64,000 nucleotides of DNA from Lama glama (Eukaryota): NCBI GenBank assembly GCA_028534125.1, contig CM052817.1:14572001-14636000 (forward strand), in the 5' to 3' direction. Both the position numbers and the translations under genes were made by a program. The notes beneath the pieces were generated by a model. That model ran no database searches. It was not told the origin of the DNA and was given only the letters and a program-made list of their open reading frames with translations. Positions 52,761 to 64,000 of this stretch are shown piece by piece; within the stretch, counting starts at the first letter, position 1, and each line of letters begins with the position of its first letter.

Positions 52761-53941
52761 ACCTCTCACAATGGACCAGTATAGGAACCCCCAGGTGTTC
52801 AGAAAACACCTCAATTCCCCCAGAGATACAGAGAGAAAAGCATTCCTCCCAGATTATAAACTCCCACACGTAAGTCTAGAGTCTCACCTCCGAGAGAAGG
52901 AGATACAACACCTTAAATCAGCAAAGCAAGAGAGATTTATGTCAATTGCATCTGTCATTCTGGACACCCCAATATTCCCCTTCAGTTCTTTCCTGATGAA
53001 CACTCACTGAACTTCACCATTATCTCCTACAGCCAGAAGACAGTTACCATCAAACTGTCTGGATTGTGTTTCCAACCTCTTCATTAATTAGCTGCGTGAT
53101 TAACAATTTTCTCTACCTCTATCTATGAAATAGGAATATATACATATACACAGTAATTGAAGTAATGTTTGTTAAAAAGCCGTACAACAAAACAAGCATA
53201 CAACAAAACGAAAACTGATTGCAGAAAACTGTTTACTTGTTTCACTCCATTGTGTTAACCATATCTTTCCCTTCATCATTCCTGTATAAGTTCCTGGGGA
53301 AGCAAACTGTTTTCTCCTTTATCGATTCCAATGCCTGGCCCCATGCTGTGCGCACAACTGCAGTCTATCGATTTATGAACCTTTCACTAACCCCTTCTTG
53401 CCAGTTCCTTGGTTTCCAACATCAGCCTCTTAAGGTTGGGGTAGCAATTATACATGAGGCTTTGTAACAACCTAAAAATAACTTCCCAGTATCCACAAAG
53501 AGGCTCTTAATCAGTCACGACATTTTCTGCCACCCTTCCGCTGTGCAAAAATGACCATATCAAAAAGCTGATAGTGAAACACTGTTGATGTGATAAAATG
53601 CACAGTATTTTTAGCACGCATCCTTTTCTAACAGCAAAGTGTCTTTGGATGGTCATGCAACTCGTAGCTGTCTTAGAAGGTACTGTAGCATCAGGTAGCA
53701 TACACTCTTATTATTCTTACTGTGGCTCCACTCCAGTCAGCTTCCTCACCGGGCAGGACATTCTTGGCTTAGCTGTTCTCCAACACTAAATAGGAGCTGC
53801 TTCTTTCCTTGTTTATTAAATTGTCCAGGGCATTGCTTTCTTGAGATATGTCCTCACAACTAAAAATTAAAGCAAAACCAAAAACATGTTAGGTGATCAA
53901 ATAAATTTTGGAAATGCTGCACATTTAAGAGCCCTCCCGCA

Positions 53942-54083
53942 GGGGCTGGGGAGGATATAGGTCAACAGTAGAATGCGTTCTTAGCACGCAGGCAGTCCTG
54001 GGTTCAATCTCCAGCACCTCCATTGAAATAAATAAACCGAATTACCTCCCCCCAAAAACAAACAAAAAAGGACTCTAAAAAAA
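53942..54083 (+). mobile_element. tRNA-Ala-derived SINE (camelid vic-1-like)
   Basis: ggggaggatataggtcaacagtagaatgcgttcttagcacgcaggcagtcctgggttcaatctccagcacctcca, then aaataaataaaccgaattacctcccccc and an A-rich tail. Confidence 0.85.
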
Positions 54084-54261
54084 GAATCTTCTTAAGAGAG
54101 CCATGATGTCTATTTGCATATTTAAAATTCATAATAGATCTGCTCTAAAGGAATCTTTTAACTTAATTTAACATAACTCTTCCCTTTGTAGACCTTGCTT
54201 AGATAATATTAGATAACAGCAAAGAGCTACTGGTTGTTTTGTTGGGCATAACAATGTCTTG

Positions 54262-54697
54262 GTGGGGCCTGTGATGAGCCTTTCTAATCCCCCTTCAGAA
54301 ACGAAAGGTTATTCCCTGTGCTGCTGGGAGTCCTGCCAGCTAACAGCCACCTGCTATCTGCCCTCTCCAGGCACTGCCTTCAAATTGCCGTTGGCTGACG
54401 AGAGACACCTCATGCAGGGCTGCCCCCACTTCTCGGGGACAGCCGGGTCAATACGGGAGCACAGGAGAGGACAGAGGCCCAGGCTTCTCCCCAGACCCTG
54501 GGCAACTAAGACGTGCTCAGTTTTGCAGCTTTTCACCAGGCCCGGCTGAGTCCTTTACAGAACCTGCCTAACAGCCCAGTCCTGCGCCCTTTCCTTCCGT
54601 CCTGCAAACGCGACTCCTGCAACCTCCCAGTAAGCGTTCTGCCCGCCGGATACCCTTCGCCTCGGAGTTTGCTTCTGGGCAACCCCACCTGCAACGA
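54262..54697 (+). mobile_element. ERVL LTR16-like solo LTR
   Basis: atcccccttcag…ccctgtgctgctgggagt…ccttccttccgtcc…gagtttgcttctgggcaaccccacctgcaac. Confidence 0.65.
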
Positions 54698-54754
54698 TGT
54701 CATGGGGTAAATTTTCTACTTGAGAATCTACATTCCCTGAAGATTTAAGGATGA

Positions 54755-54930
54755 GATATGATGACTCACAACCGCAAAGGAAAAAAAGGGGGGGAGAGGG
54801 GAAAATAGAAACAGATAAAAAAAAAGACTGGCAAAATATTAATAATTATTGAGACAATGAGCACATGGAGGGTTATTGTAAAAGTCTTCTGGTGTGTTTG
54901 AAATTCTCCATTATAAAGTGTTTTGAAAAC
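54755..54930 (+). mobile_element. Old L1M 3' end
   Basis: gactggcaaaatattaataattattga…tgtgtttgaaattctccattataaag. Confidence 0.6.
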
Positions 54931-56049
54931 ACTATTTCCCAAGCTGTTTTTAAGTAATACCATCATCTTGGGACAAACTTGAGGCTCCTTTGGTCTTCAC
55001 TAGGGCCTCACTAAACCAGAGAAACTTCCCCAGGCCCTTCCTGTGGCGCAGAATAAGCCCCCTCACTCAGGGTCTGGGTTTTTCCAGCCAGGCCTCATTT
55101 AACACTCATGGAAACGTCACAGAGGCTACCGAGTGGCCCGCCCTCTTGAAGCCCACAGCCAGCCAGCTGAGGTGGCTGCAGAGGCCTGGCAATCACTTGC
55201 TGCCTGATGGGAAACCCACCCTTTTGAAGTAACTGTGAAAATTCCCCACAGTGTGGGAGGCGGAGCAGAAGGGTGTAGGAAGCTCCGGGCAACCAGGCCA
55301 AGATGGCAGAGCCAATTAACCGCCTGAGCTGCCGCGGGGACCGTTGGAAACCAGGAGCTGTAATTACTTCTCATCTGGAGCAGAAGCCTTCCTTAAAATC
55401 CTGGGAGCTGACTGAGGCGCGGCTCCGGGGGACTTTGTAAACAAGAAGAGGAGGAAGGTTCTCTTCCTCTCAGGCCTGAAAGGCCCAGGATGGATCCGAA
55501 ACAGAAGAATAATACTATGAATAATGGAAGGCAAAAAGTCTGCAATCCAGAGGCTTTCCCCTTTGACTAAGACCCCCTTTCTTGGAGTAGCCTGCAGTGC
55601 TCAGCTTGTGTTCATCAAGTTGTCTGCTCTGCCTTCAGTTCCCCTCCCCTACGCCCTCCCAGAGGAGTCTTTGAAGCTTCGAGACTTCGAGACTTCGGGA
55701 GGCCTGCTCTGAACTGAATTTGCATCTCCCACTGAATCTATTTTGAGGTTTCTTTTGTGACCCTAGTGTCTCTCTGCAGTCCCTTCCCCATGCTCGGGGA
55801 CGGGACTGACTGCGACTCCTCTGAGGCTGGGCAGGCCCGTCTCCCCCCCAGGGCTTCCGTGCGACGAGGCAGACGCTCTGCTCTGGAAACCCCCTGGCAC
55901 AGCAGTGTTTGATAACACTTGCACCTTCATCTTTCAGGGTTAGGAGGAAACAGGTCCCTCCAGAACATTCTTTTCTTCTCATTTTCAGCTAAGTTCCTCT
56001 TTCAGGTATAACTTTGGGCCGAGAACTGTGTAGGCTCTCCCTCTTCCAA

Positions 56050-56515
56050 ATTGCTTTTGTGATTTATCAAGCCCTCTGGAGTCTGGTCTCTCCCTACTTG
56101 TCGAACCTCCACTCTCCTTACCTTCCATACTCCAGCCATCCTGGTTTCCCTTCCGGTCCTGAACATGCCAAGCCCGCTGCCTTCTTTCTGTGCACTTTGC
56201 ACTGTTCCCTGCTCCTGACATGCTCTTCCCTGGGCCCCTGTGGCATGTCTGGCTCCCTCCCACCATTTATCTCTCAGCCTGAATGTCACCTCCTCAGAGA
56301 AGCCTTCCCTGACTACTCAGACTGCAGTGGCTACCTCATCACTTTCTGTTCCATCGCCCCATTTTATTGTCTGACATTTTTAGCTGTTTATTTCCCATCT
56401 CCCTCACCCCCAACAAGGACGGCAGCTTCCCAAGAAAAGAGACTTTCTTCTGCTTGCCTGGAACTGTGCCCAGCAGATGGTGGGTACTTAATAAATATTT
56501 GTTGGGTTCATTAAT
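56050..56515 (+). mobile_element. L2 3' portion
   Basis: aatgtcacctcctcagagaagccttccctgac…tgcctggaactgtgcccagcagatggtgggtacttaataaatatttgttg. Confidence 0.85.
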
Positions 56516-57970
56516 TACTAAAGCAATTCTTTTTTTCTCCATTGAACCCTCTTAGTAACTGTAAAGTGACACACATTATTATTTCCTTTTCACAAAGCAG
56601 TGAAAGGAGATTTAGAAGTCAAAGAACATGTCCCAAGGTCACTTAAACCTAGTGAGGAACAGATTCAGAATCTCAGTCGACGGCTGACTCTACCCCCTCG
56701 CAGGCTGTCAGGTCTGTGGGACCTCAGGTGAGGCGGGAGAACAGGTCCACGTGTCTCTGCACATCTGTGGATGTAATTTTGCTCTCTACCTGGAATGTGT
56801 AACACAGCACTTAGAGAGCATTTCATTCTGTGCCACTCTTCGTACTAGGAAAGAAACCAACCCACAAAGAGAGAGGGACTGGCCAAAGGCAAACCCACGG
56901 TGGGTGAACCTCATATTGTGTTTCCCTGACTCCCCACTCCATGTCACAAGCCAGTGTAGGTGGCCACAGGGGTCGTGCCCTGCCCAGAGATGCTTTAAAG
57001 GACCGTTGGGTAGAGGCTGGACTCCACGCCCGGCAACCACCTGCCCTTGCATGTGCCTGCCCAGAAAGGATGGTGTTTTCCACTCTGCACATTATCAAAC
57101 TGCCTGCCAGCACTTTATTGCTTCCTTGAAGAACTCTAATTTCTAGAAATGAACTGTTCCCAGCCTCTTGCACATCAGAAGTACTCAGAAGAGTAGCTGA
57201 AGGTGCTGAAAAGCTATTCATCTCAGAGGGATGAGCTGTTAGCCTTCAAGGAGTTGCTGACTCACCACTTCTCTTCCTAATTAATAGAGGAATCTAAATG
57301 GGAAATATTCTAAGGAAGCATCAACCTGGAAGCGTGTTACTTTTACACTGGAGGAGCAAACACTGCATCTGAAAAGAAAGTAAAACAGGAAGGAAAGCTG
57401 TAGGTTGCAGCTCCAGGCCAGGCTTTTGGAGCCACACACAGAGTTGGCTCCAGCAAGCTGAGCAGGAAAAGGTACTCCAGTTTAAAGCTTTTGCCATTCA
57501 AAGCAGGGATAAGACCATGGGTCCCTCCCTTGTGACAGCAGGAAGACAGCAGGACCTGGAGCTGGGAGGGGGAAAAAAAAAACCCTAGGTCCAAAAGAGG
57601 GAATTCTTTTTATAAGCACCTTTGATTTGGATGGCAGGCGCATCGCTCTGTTTCAAAGGAAGTATCACTGGGCTCAGTCTCAATGCCTCTAGCAGGTGGC
57701 CGGGACCAGCAGGCCTCTTGCAGGCCACTGGGTTCTGTTTGGCTCCTTTGTGATGGCTTTGCCTATCTCTTATAAAACAGTTAGCTGGGGAAGGAACCCC
57801 AGGAAGGGTGCGGCGATAAACCCAAAGGAAGTAGCATATCAAAATGAAACCATAAAAGCCCAGAAAAAGCCAGGCAAGAGAAGACAGAAAATATTCTCTT
57901 TACCTAAAGAAGTGGAAAAAGCTATAGTTGGAAGGAAGGCAAAGCAGCCCTTCTGCTTTTCTCTTTGTAA

Positions 57971-58892
57971 TGTCAATGGAAATAATCAGTAAACAATCTA
58001 CAATTGGAAGAGAAAGTGTTTTATTTGAGCCCAGCTGAGGACTATAGCCCAGAAGCCAGCTTCCCGGATTACTCTGAGAAATTGCTCCTGAGAAGTACAG
58101 TTTTCAGTTTTATATCTTGTCAGAACACAGAGCATTAAACAAGTCAGGGATATATTTCTTTAAGGTTTCAAGAAAAGCAGACCCGCATGTGCACAGGGCA
58201 TCAATATGGCCTTGGCACCCAGGGAGGGTCAGCTTTGGCATCCCACGAAGGGAGGTATTTAATCTTTATTTTTAACGTGGATAGGTATATTCTTTACTTC
58301 TGGTCAATGTGCTCTTTTCTTTAATAACTAAAGCATATGTACAATGCACATTTGATATGCCACAAACAGGCTGTCCTAGTTAGCATAAAACTCAAGTTAA
58401 CCTTGATTCAGTCTTGGTGGACTGTATGTTTCCAGAAACTGGTCCTAGAGATCGTCATTCTAGGTGAAGTAAGCCAGAAAGAGAAAGGAAAATACCATAT
58501 GCTATCACTCATGTGTGGAACCTAAAAAAAAATAGAGGGAAAAAAGAGGACACTAATGAATTCATTTACAAAACAGAAACAGACTAACATAGTAAGCAAT
58601 CTTACGGTTACTGGGAGAAAGGGGGTGGGAAGGGATACATTTGGGGGTTTGAGATTTGCAAATGTTAGCCACTATATATAAAAATAAATTAAAAAACAAA
58701 TTTCTTCTGTATAGTTCGGGAACCTGTATTCAATATTTTATAATAACCTTTAATGAAAAAGAATATGAAAAGGGATGACTAGGACACTGTGCTGTACACC
58801 AGAACCTGACACATTGTAACTGACTGCATTGCAATTAAAAAAAATTCAAGTTAATTCACATGTAAGCCAAGTGACTTCCCCATACCTCAACA
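57971..58892 (-). mobile_element. ERV solo LTR interrupted by an L1
   Basis: TGTCAATGG…CCTCAACA termini; minus-strand aataaa (ttttattt at ~58020) and tataaa (ttttata at ~58108); sequence resumes after the L1 TSD. Confidence 0.75.
58401..58840 (+). mobile_element. L1 3' end with an inverted 5' segment
   Basis: TSD aaaa(c/t)tcaagttaa (58387-58400 and 58841-58854); 58401-58440 resembles antisense L1 ORF2; 58441-58840 is the sense L1 3' end with poly-A. Confidence 0.85.
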
Positions 58893-59021
58893 TGCGAACA
58901 TTTCTTTTATCAGTAAACATTTCCTTCCCCTATGCCCTATTCCCTCCAAGAAAGTCTGCAAACAAAACTCCTTTCACTGAGCTATGCCAGAGACCCGCTC
59001 CAACTTCCACTCACCTCTATG

Positions 59022-59196
59022 TCAAGCTCTCTAAAGATGACGTCCACCAGTATGTTGTGAGAAAGCCCCTAAACCAAGAAGGTAAGAAACTGAGGACCAA
59101 AGCACCCAAGATTCTGCGTCTTGTTTCTCCCCACCTCCTGCAACACAAAGCGTGTTGCTCTGGAGAAACAGCACACTAAGAAAGACAGAGAAGAGG
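59022..59196 (+). pseudogene. RPS6: Processed pseudogene fragment of 40S ribosomal protein S6 (eS6)
   Basis: Translates as [41 protein letters not shown] versus RPS6 [42 protein letters not shown]. It has a one-codon deletion and a frameshift after QHK, then continues as [15 protein letters not shown] (RPS6 RIALKKQRTKKNKEE). Confidence 0.93.
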
Positions 59197-59634
59197 GGTA
59201 GGGGAACGGGAGTGTCAGCTGAGATTTCATGCCCCTGCAGCCCGGTCTCTGGCCCCAAGACTCTCCCAGGGCATCGAGCAACAGAGAAAGTGTGTGGGTT
59301 TGTTGATGAAGGCATGCCAAGGGATTTAGAGAGAACAAGTCCAGGGCCAGATTCTGCAAGAAAATGCAAGCCCAAAGCAGGAAGTGAAGGGTCAAGGCGG
59401 GGGAGGGGGGACGGGAAAATTCAGGACTTTTCCTTGGAACAGGATGCAGTTCCACAGAGCTAACTCTATTCAGGTGGGGATGCTGTGATGTGTGGTTGGC
59501 TTTGTTGGGGTTAAAAATCTTGGTCCAGGGACTGATTCCTGGCAGGGTGGTCAAGGGAGCTTTTCAGACCTCAGCAAGAGGACCCCTCAAGAGGGAAAAC
59601 AGCCAGGCCCAAAGAGAAGGTAAGGATTTCCAAG

Positions 59635-59850
59635 ATTCACTGATTCATTTCCTTTGACAAATTGTACGTGCGCCCTTGGGACATTGAGCCAGGCACTGGC
59701 AATACAATAGGAACCCAAACACAGGACTCCTCACCGCCTCAGTCCCCACGGGACTGATTTACTAATCAGGAAGACAGACATTCATTAGATAGAAATCATA
59801 GGCAAATAGGTCAAAATTAAAACTATAGTAAGGACTAAAAAGCACTGGGG
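59635..59850 (-). mobile_element. L2 3' end
   Basis: attcactgattcatttcctttgacaaatt…gagccaggcactgg…ggaagacagacatt. Confidence 0.6.
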
Positions 59851-61004
59851 CTTTAGAAAGCTAATACATTACAGCCGTGTTCTCGCTCTCCGAATGTGAA
59901 CTGTTGACAGATACAGAGGATTCAGGCAGATGGAGCCAGATGCAGAGCTGGCCTGGAGTACTGGCTCAGGCATGAGTGGGCTGCCTTGCTACGGCTGTCC
60001 TGAGGTCTGAGCTGCAGAAAAGATACACTTACCCAGCATCTTTGCACCGATCAGATGTGGAGAGGAAACAGGGCCCCCAGAGACCTGCCCCAGCGATTGT
60101 TGGACACCAAGCAGACAACTCACCCCCTTCCCTGAGGTCAGGCTTGCTTCCGGGAAATTAACTCCTCTTCTCGGATGACAGGGAAGGGAACTGTATTCCT
60201 CCCTGACAGTCCCTGGATTTTTGTTTTCTTAGGCCACTGGGCTCAGCCACTAAGTCAATGGTCAGCCCAGGGTGTGCGTCAGGGGCTTTGCCTCAGAAGG
60301 GCTTAGCGCTCTGTTGGTGGCATCCACCTCTGACCTTCATTAGCCCAGAATTCACACCAACCTCTGCTTCTTTGGGTGTCTTCCTGGGCACCCCTAAGGC
60401 ACTTCAGATTTGCCTCCAGAAGGTCCTTTATTGGAGCTTAAGAATACGCTAATAAAACTAAGTCATAGACCACTGCATACCTCTTTGTATTCTATTCTCC
60501 ATCCTAAATTGTACCAGCTATTAACCAAATAGACCGCCCTTTGTGGCTGAAGCCACTTTCTGGGTATTAAAAGCACAAAACCTTGGTCATGGCTTGTGCA
60601 GTCAACACAGCCAGAGACAAATTCAGACCCTGTGTTGGGGACGGGCCCTCAGAGCTGGTGCAGAAGCCGTGGAGCATCACAAACCCGAGAATGATGGTCC
60701 TCTCCCTTGTCCCTCCGTGAGGTTCCACGTAGCAGCCTCTCCCGGGCTGCACTCGGGCGATTTCAACCTAGAAGCTCTCCCACCGGAACTCCCCGCAGCA
60801 CAGCTGGTGCTTCTGCTGGGTTTTGAACTTCTGCTTGGCAGAAAAACCATGTAAATGCTAAAAATAACTGTTCTGCCCCCAAGACTCTTAGAAGTATAAA
60901 CTGGAAAGGCTCTCTTTCTCTTATAAGTGATTTTTTAAGAGCTCTGTCTGCTCTTGAAGCTTCTATAGGTAACAGTGCTAAACCCAGCACCCCTGAAGGA
61001 TGAC

Positions 61005-61290
61005 CTGTGTGAATCACCAAACAGTGTAGTTGTGTAACGGCGCACGGTGGGAATGAAGACCCAGTGTAGTTGTGTGAGCCACACGTGGTGTGAACTAATA
61101 CACAGTGTAGCTGTGTGAACTGCACCATGAACCAGTACACAGTGTAGCTGGGTAAAGTCTGAGCCAGCGTGTGCTCATATGCAGACTAGCAGCATGAATG
61201 GTAAGCCGTGCACACAGCTATGCGGTGACATCACGTGAATTGCCACACCGTGAACTACCACACAGGTAGAAACATGAACCACCCCCCAGT
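61005..61290. repeat. Degenerate minisatellite (~37-41-bp period)
   Basis: cagtgtagYtgKgt cores at 61022, 61062, 61103 and 61140, plus scattered tgaac subunits further right. Confidence 0.75.
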
Positions 61291-62784
61291 GTGGCCGGTG
61301 AACCTCCACACGAGGTCTTACTGTGCAGGTCGTATGACCTTTGAAACTTCCATAAATCTGAAATTATTCCAGAACAAAAGCTTACGCTCAGGAAGGTTTC
61401 ACAAAGTTCCACTGTCTTCAAACCTCCTCCCCTATTGCAAGAACACTTATAACCTAATATTCCAAAATAACGATTGCAGTTTCACCTGAAATTTGATTCT
61501 GAGCTTCCTTATTGAAAAGCGTAAGACAAGCAATTATAGAATTCTTGGTGCTAGAAAGAAGGAAACTCACTAGTTCTTTAGCACAAGCTAAATGAATGTA
61601 CAGCATCAATCAAAGAACTTCAGGCACTAGAAAGACGTACAATACAAAGGGTCCCACATTTGCAAGGTTCACATAACCCTGGAAGGTTCCATGTCCCTTT
61701 AAATATTATAGGAATGCTCCTGACCATTTTCATTATTTCTGCCATATGTGCATGTAACACGTTTTAATATCATAAGTTTGCTCAGAGTTGAATCACTTAT
61801 TTTGTGAATTCAGGCTCTACTGAGCCACTAAAAATGAGTGCTATCTATAATGAATAGCTGATTATGCGACCATGACCTTAAGAAAATCAAGATGATACAA
61901 AAATAAATTGTGATTTTAAGAAAAACGAAGTGGTGGGTTTACATTTAAAAGAGACTATTGAACTAGGCATTGAAATGGATTTGAAGTACAAATACTGTTG
62001 GAATCTCTTCTACTCTCCCCTCTAAGAGATCAGCTTTAACTTCTACTGGCACAGAGAAAGCTTGACCTCCCAATTCCATTCCGAGCTAAAAACAAACCAA
62101 GCTCAGCATGTATGTTTACAAAAATGCAAACAACCTACGTACCCATCAATGGCAGCATGCATAATTAAACTCTGGTGCAGTTGCACCACAGAAAGCCACG
62201 CAGCCGTGAGAGTAGAAGTACAAACACCCCCAGCAGGGCTGAGGCCCCTCATGACATAGTATGGGGGAAATGGCCCAACACAGCCGGGTTCCTACTCTTT
62301 GATTCTCCTTATCTAAATTTCACATTTTTCCATATGTGTGTTATAATTCAGTAACATGTCCTAAAAATACAAAGGACACTCCTACTTCTGATCCTGAGAT
62401 TGCACATTCGTTGCCCAATTTCAGAGCGTTCTGACCCTAATAGTTTCATATAAGGATATCATTTCATTCGCTCATATTTTTTAAAAAATCAAATCACAAT
62501 TTAAGTAAGTTTAAGGCAGGGGATATTGGATGAAATTTCTAAATTAAACAAAGAAAGCCTTTCTCTAAATTTATATATATTTTGTCATATTGGTATCTCT
62601 GGACTTTCTTTGGATAGAATCCCACTGTTCCTAAACTTACAGTATGATCAGTTATTTAAAAAAAAAGATTTATCTGAAATATTTGTCTCTATTATTAAAA
62701 AATAATAATTCAGGGCTGAGATGGCAAATATGGGCTTCAACATATACATTTGGGGGGAGACACAAACATTCAGTCCTTAACAGA

Positions 62785-62900
62785 ATATAAGCTTGAGGGC
62801 AAGGATTTTTGTCTATTTTTGTTCACTGATACAGTCCCAACATTGAGAACAGTGCCTGGCATATAATAATCACTCAGGAAATACTTGTTAAATAAGAACA
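62785..62900 (+). mobile_element. L2 3' terminus
   Basis: gagggcaaggatttttgtctattttgttcactgat…gaacagtgcctggcatata…cactcaggaaatacttgtt. Confidence 0.85.
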
Positions 62901-63029
62901 GGAGAAATTGTCTGTAATGTAACTGCTGAGCTAAAAGATAACGGACACCATCACATCACAGAAATGGCATTAATATATATGATTAGATTTTTACTCTCCA
63001 AACATTTTAGGATAGTTTATCAAGATTAT

Positions 63030-63503
63030 AGATTAGGACATTCACTTTTGTGCAGGTAACACAGACCCAAGTAAACTACAGTTTAAGCTAGAGGGCCAAA
63101 CATCACGAATGAGACAGATGTCTATTTCTCTCTCATATAATAATGCCATGTGGTGAGGCAGTTCAATTCTGCCAAATCTTCAGGAGCCTGGACACATTCT
63201 ATTCTGTTGCTTTCCCAAAATTAAGGAGAGACATTTGTCTCTGGTCCAAGACAGCTTCCTTTCCTTGTCTACAAAACACGTGGATGGGAGAAAAGGAAGG
63301 AGATGCCATATTCCTTCCATTAAAGGGCACACCTAGAAGGGACACCCATCACTTCTGCTCACGCCCCATTGCCAAAAAGGCATCACACCTCGCTGCAAGT
63401 TAGAATAGAAATGCAGTCTCTATTTTGGACTACAAATCTGGGCTTCTATTGTTATAGAAGAAGAAGTGAACAGATCTGGAGAGAACTAGCAGTCTGTGCC
63501 ATA
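63030..63503 (-). mobile_element. Old MaLR LTR (MLT1J-like)
   Basis: catcacttctgctcacgccccattgcca…gaaatgcagtctctatttt…aactagcagtctgtgcca. Confidence 0.7.
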
Positions 63504-64000
63504 GCATATAGTTTTAAATAATCATTTAGCATTAAGATAGACTTGGCATAAATAATTATTGAAGCTGGATCATGCATACACAGAGATTCATTATACTACT
63601 TTCTCTACCATGTTTATGTTTGAAAATCTCATAGTTAGTTCTAGAAATTAATTGCATCAGCGTATATTACTGGATTTGGTTGGTGTTTAAGAAATAGGAA
63701 TTGGCAAGTTTCAATAAGCAAACAGTAAACAAACAGAGGCTTAAAAGTGCTTAGAAGTGCTTGCTCATAGCTTCCCCTCTCTTGCTACACTTGGAGGCGT
63801 GGAAATGAAACTGAGCGGGGCTGCTGGAGGGGGCGTCCCTGTGGAGGTGCCTCTGCTGATAGCTTGCCACCTCCCCGATGGGTGAGTGAAACCGTCCTAG
63901 GTCAGCCAGCTACAATCCATGATACTGGCCAACCACCACCCTGTGAGAGACAGCGGTGGGGAGAAGCTGAGCTGGCCTAGAGGGCATCACAGGGTAGAGA

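Noticed and set aside
58829..59179. 116-aa ORF as a real RPS6-like CDS
   Set aside because: It starts at a non-ATG codon in an L1 tail, runs through LTR sequence, and only ~42 codons match RPS6 before a frameshift.
61022..61160. CRISPR-like repeat-spacer pattern
   Set aside because: The context is mammalian, the cores are short and non-identical, the linkers resemble each other, and there are no cas genes. A minisatellite explains it.

Overview
This is mammalian, repeat-rich, non-coding DNA (intergenic or intronic), most likely from a camelid. The evidence is two tRNA-Ala-derived vic-1-like SINEs and artiodactyl-type L1 tails. No intact protein-coding gene or recognisable exon was found. The ORF track is essentially chance ORFs, except one frame containing a decayed RPS6 processed-pseudogene fragment (~59022-59196). 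The window holds ancient L2, MIR, HAL1, L1M, MaLR (MLT1), MLT2, ERVL LTRs and hAT MITEs, plus younger ERV1-type solo LTRs and L1 tails, and a 500-N scaffold gap. The most interesting structure is a nested LTR cluster at 12.3-14.8 kb, with two head-to-head MER41-like solo LTRs carrying STAT-type motifs where primate MER41 has its STAT1 site. Also notable are a 5'-inverted (twin-primed) L1 inside an LTR, nested L1-in-L1-in-L2 insertions, a ~38-bp L1 tail with a perfect TSD, and a duplication junction at the gap edge. I found no support for a new biological system. Repeat family names come from recalled consensus sequences, and boundaries are approximate unless a TSD is given.
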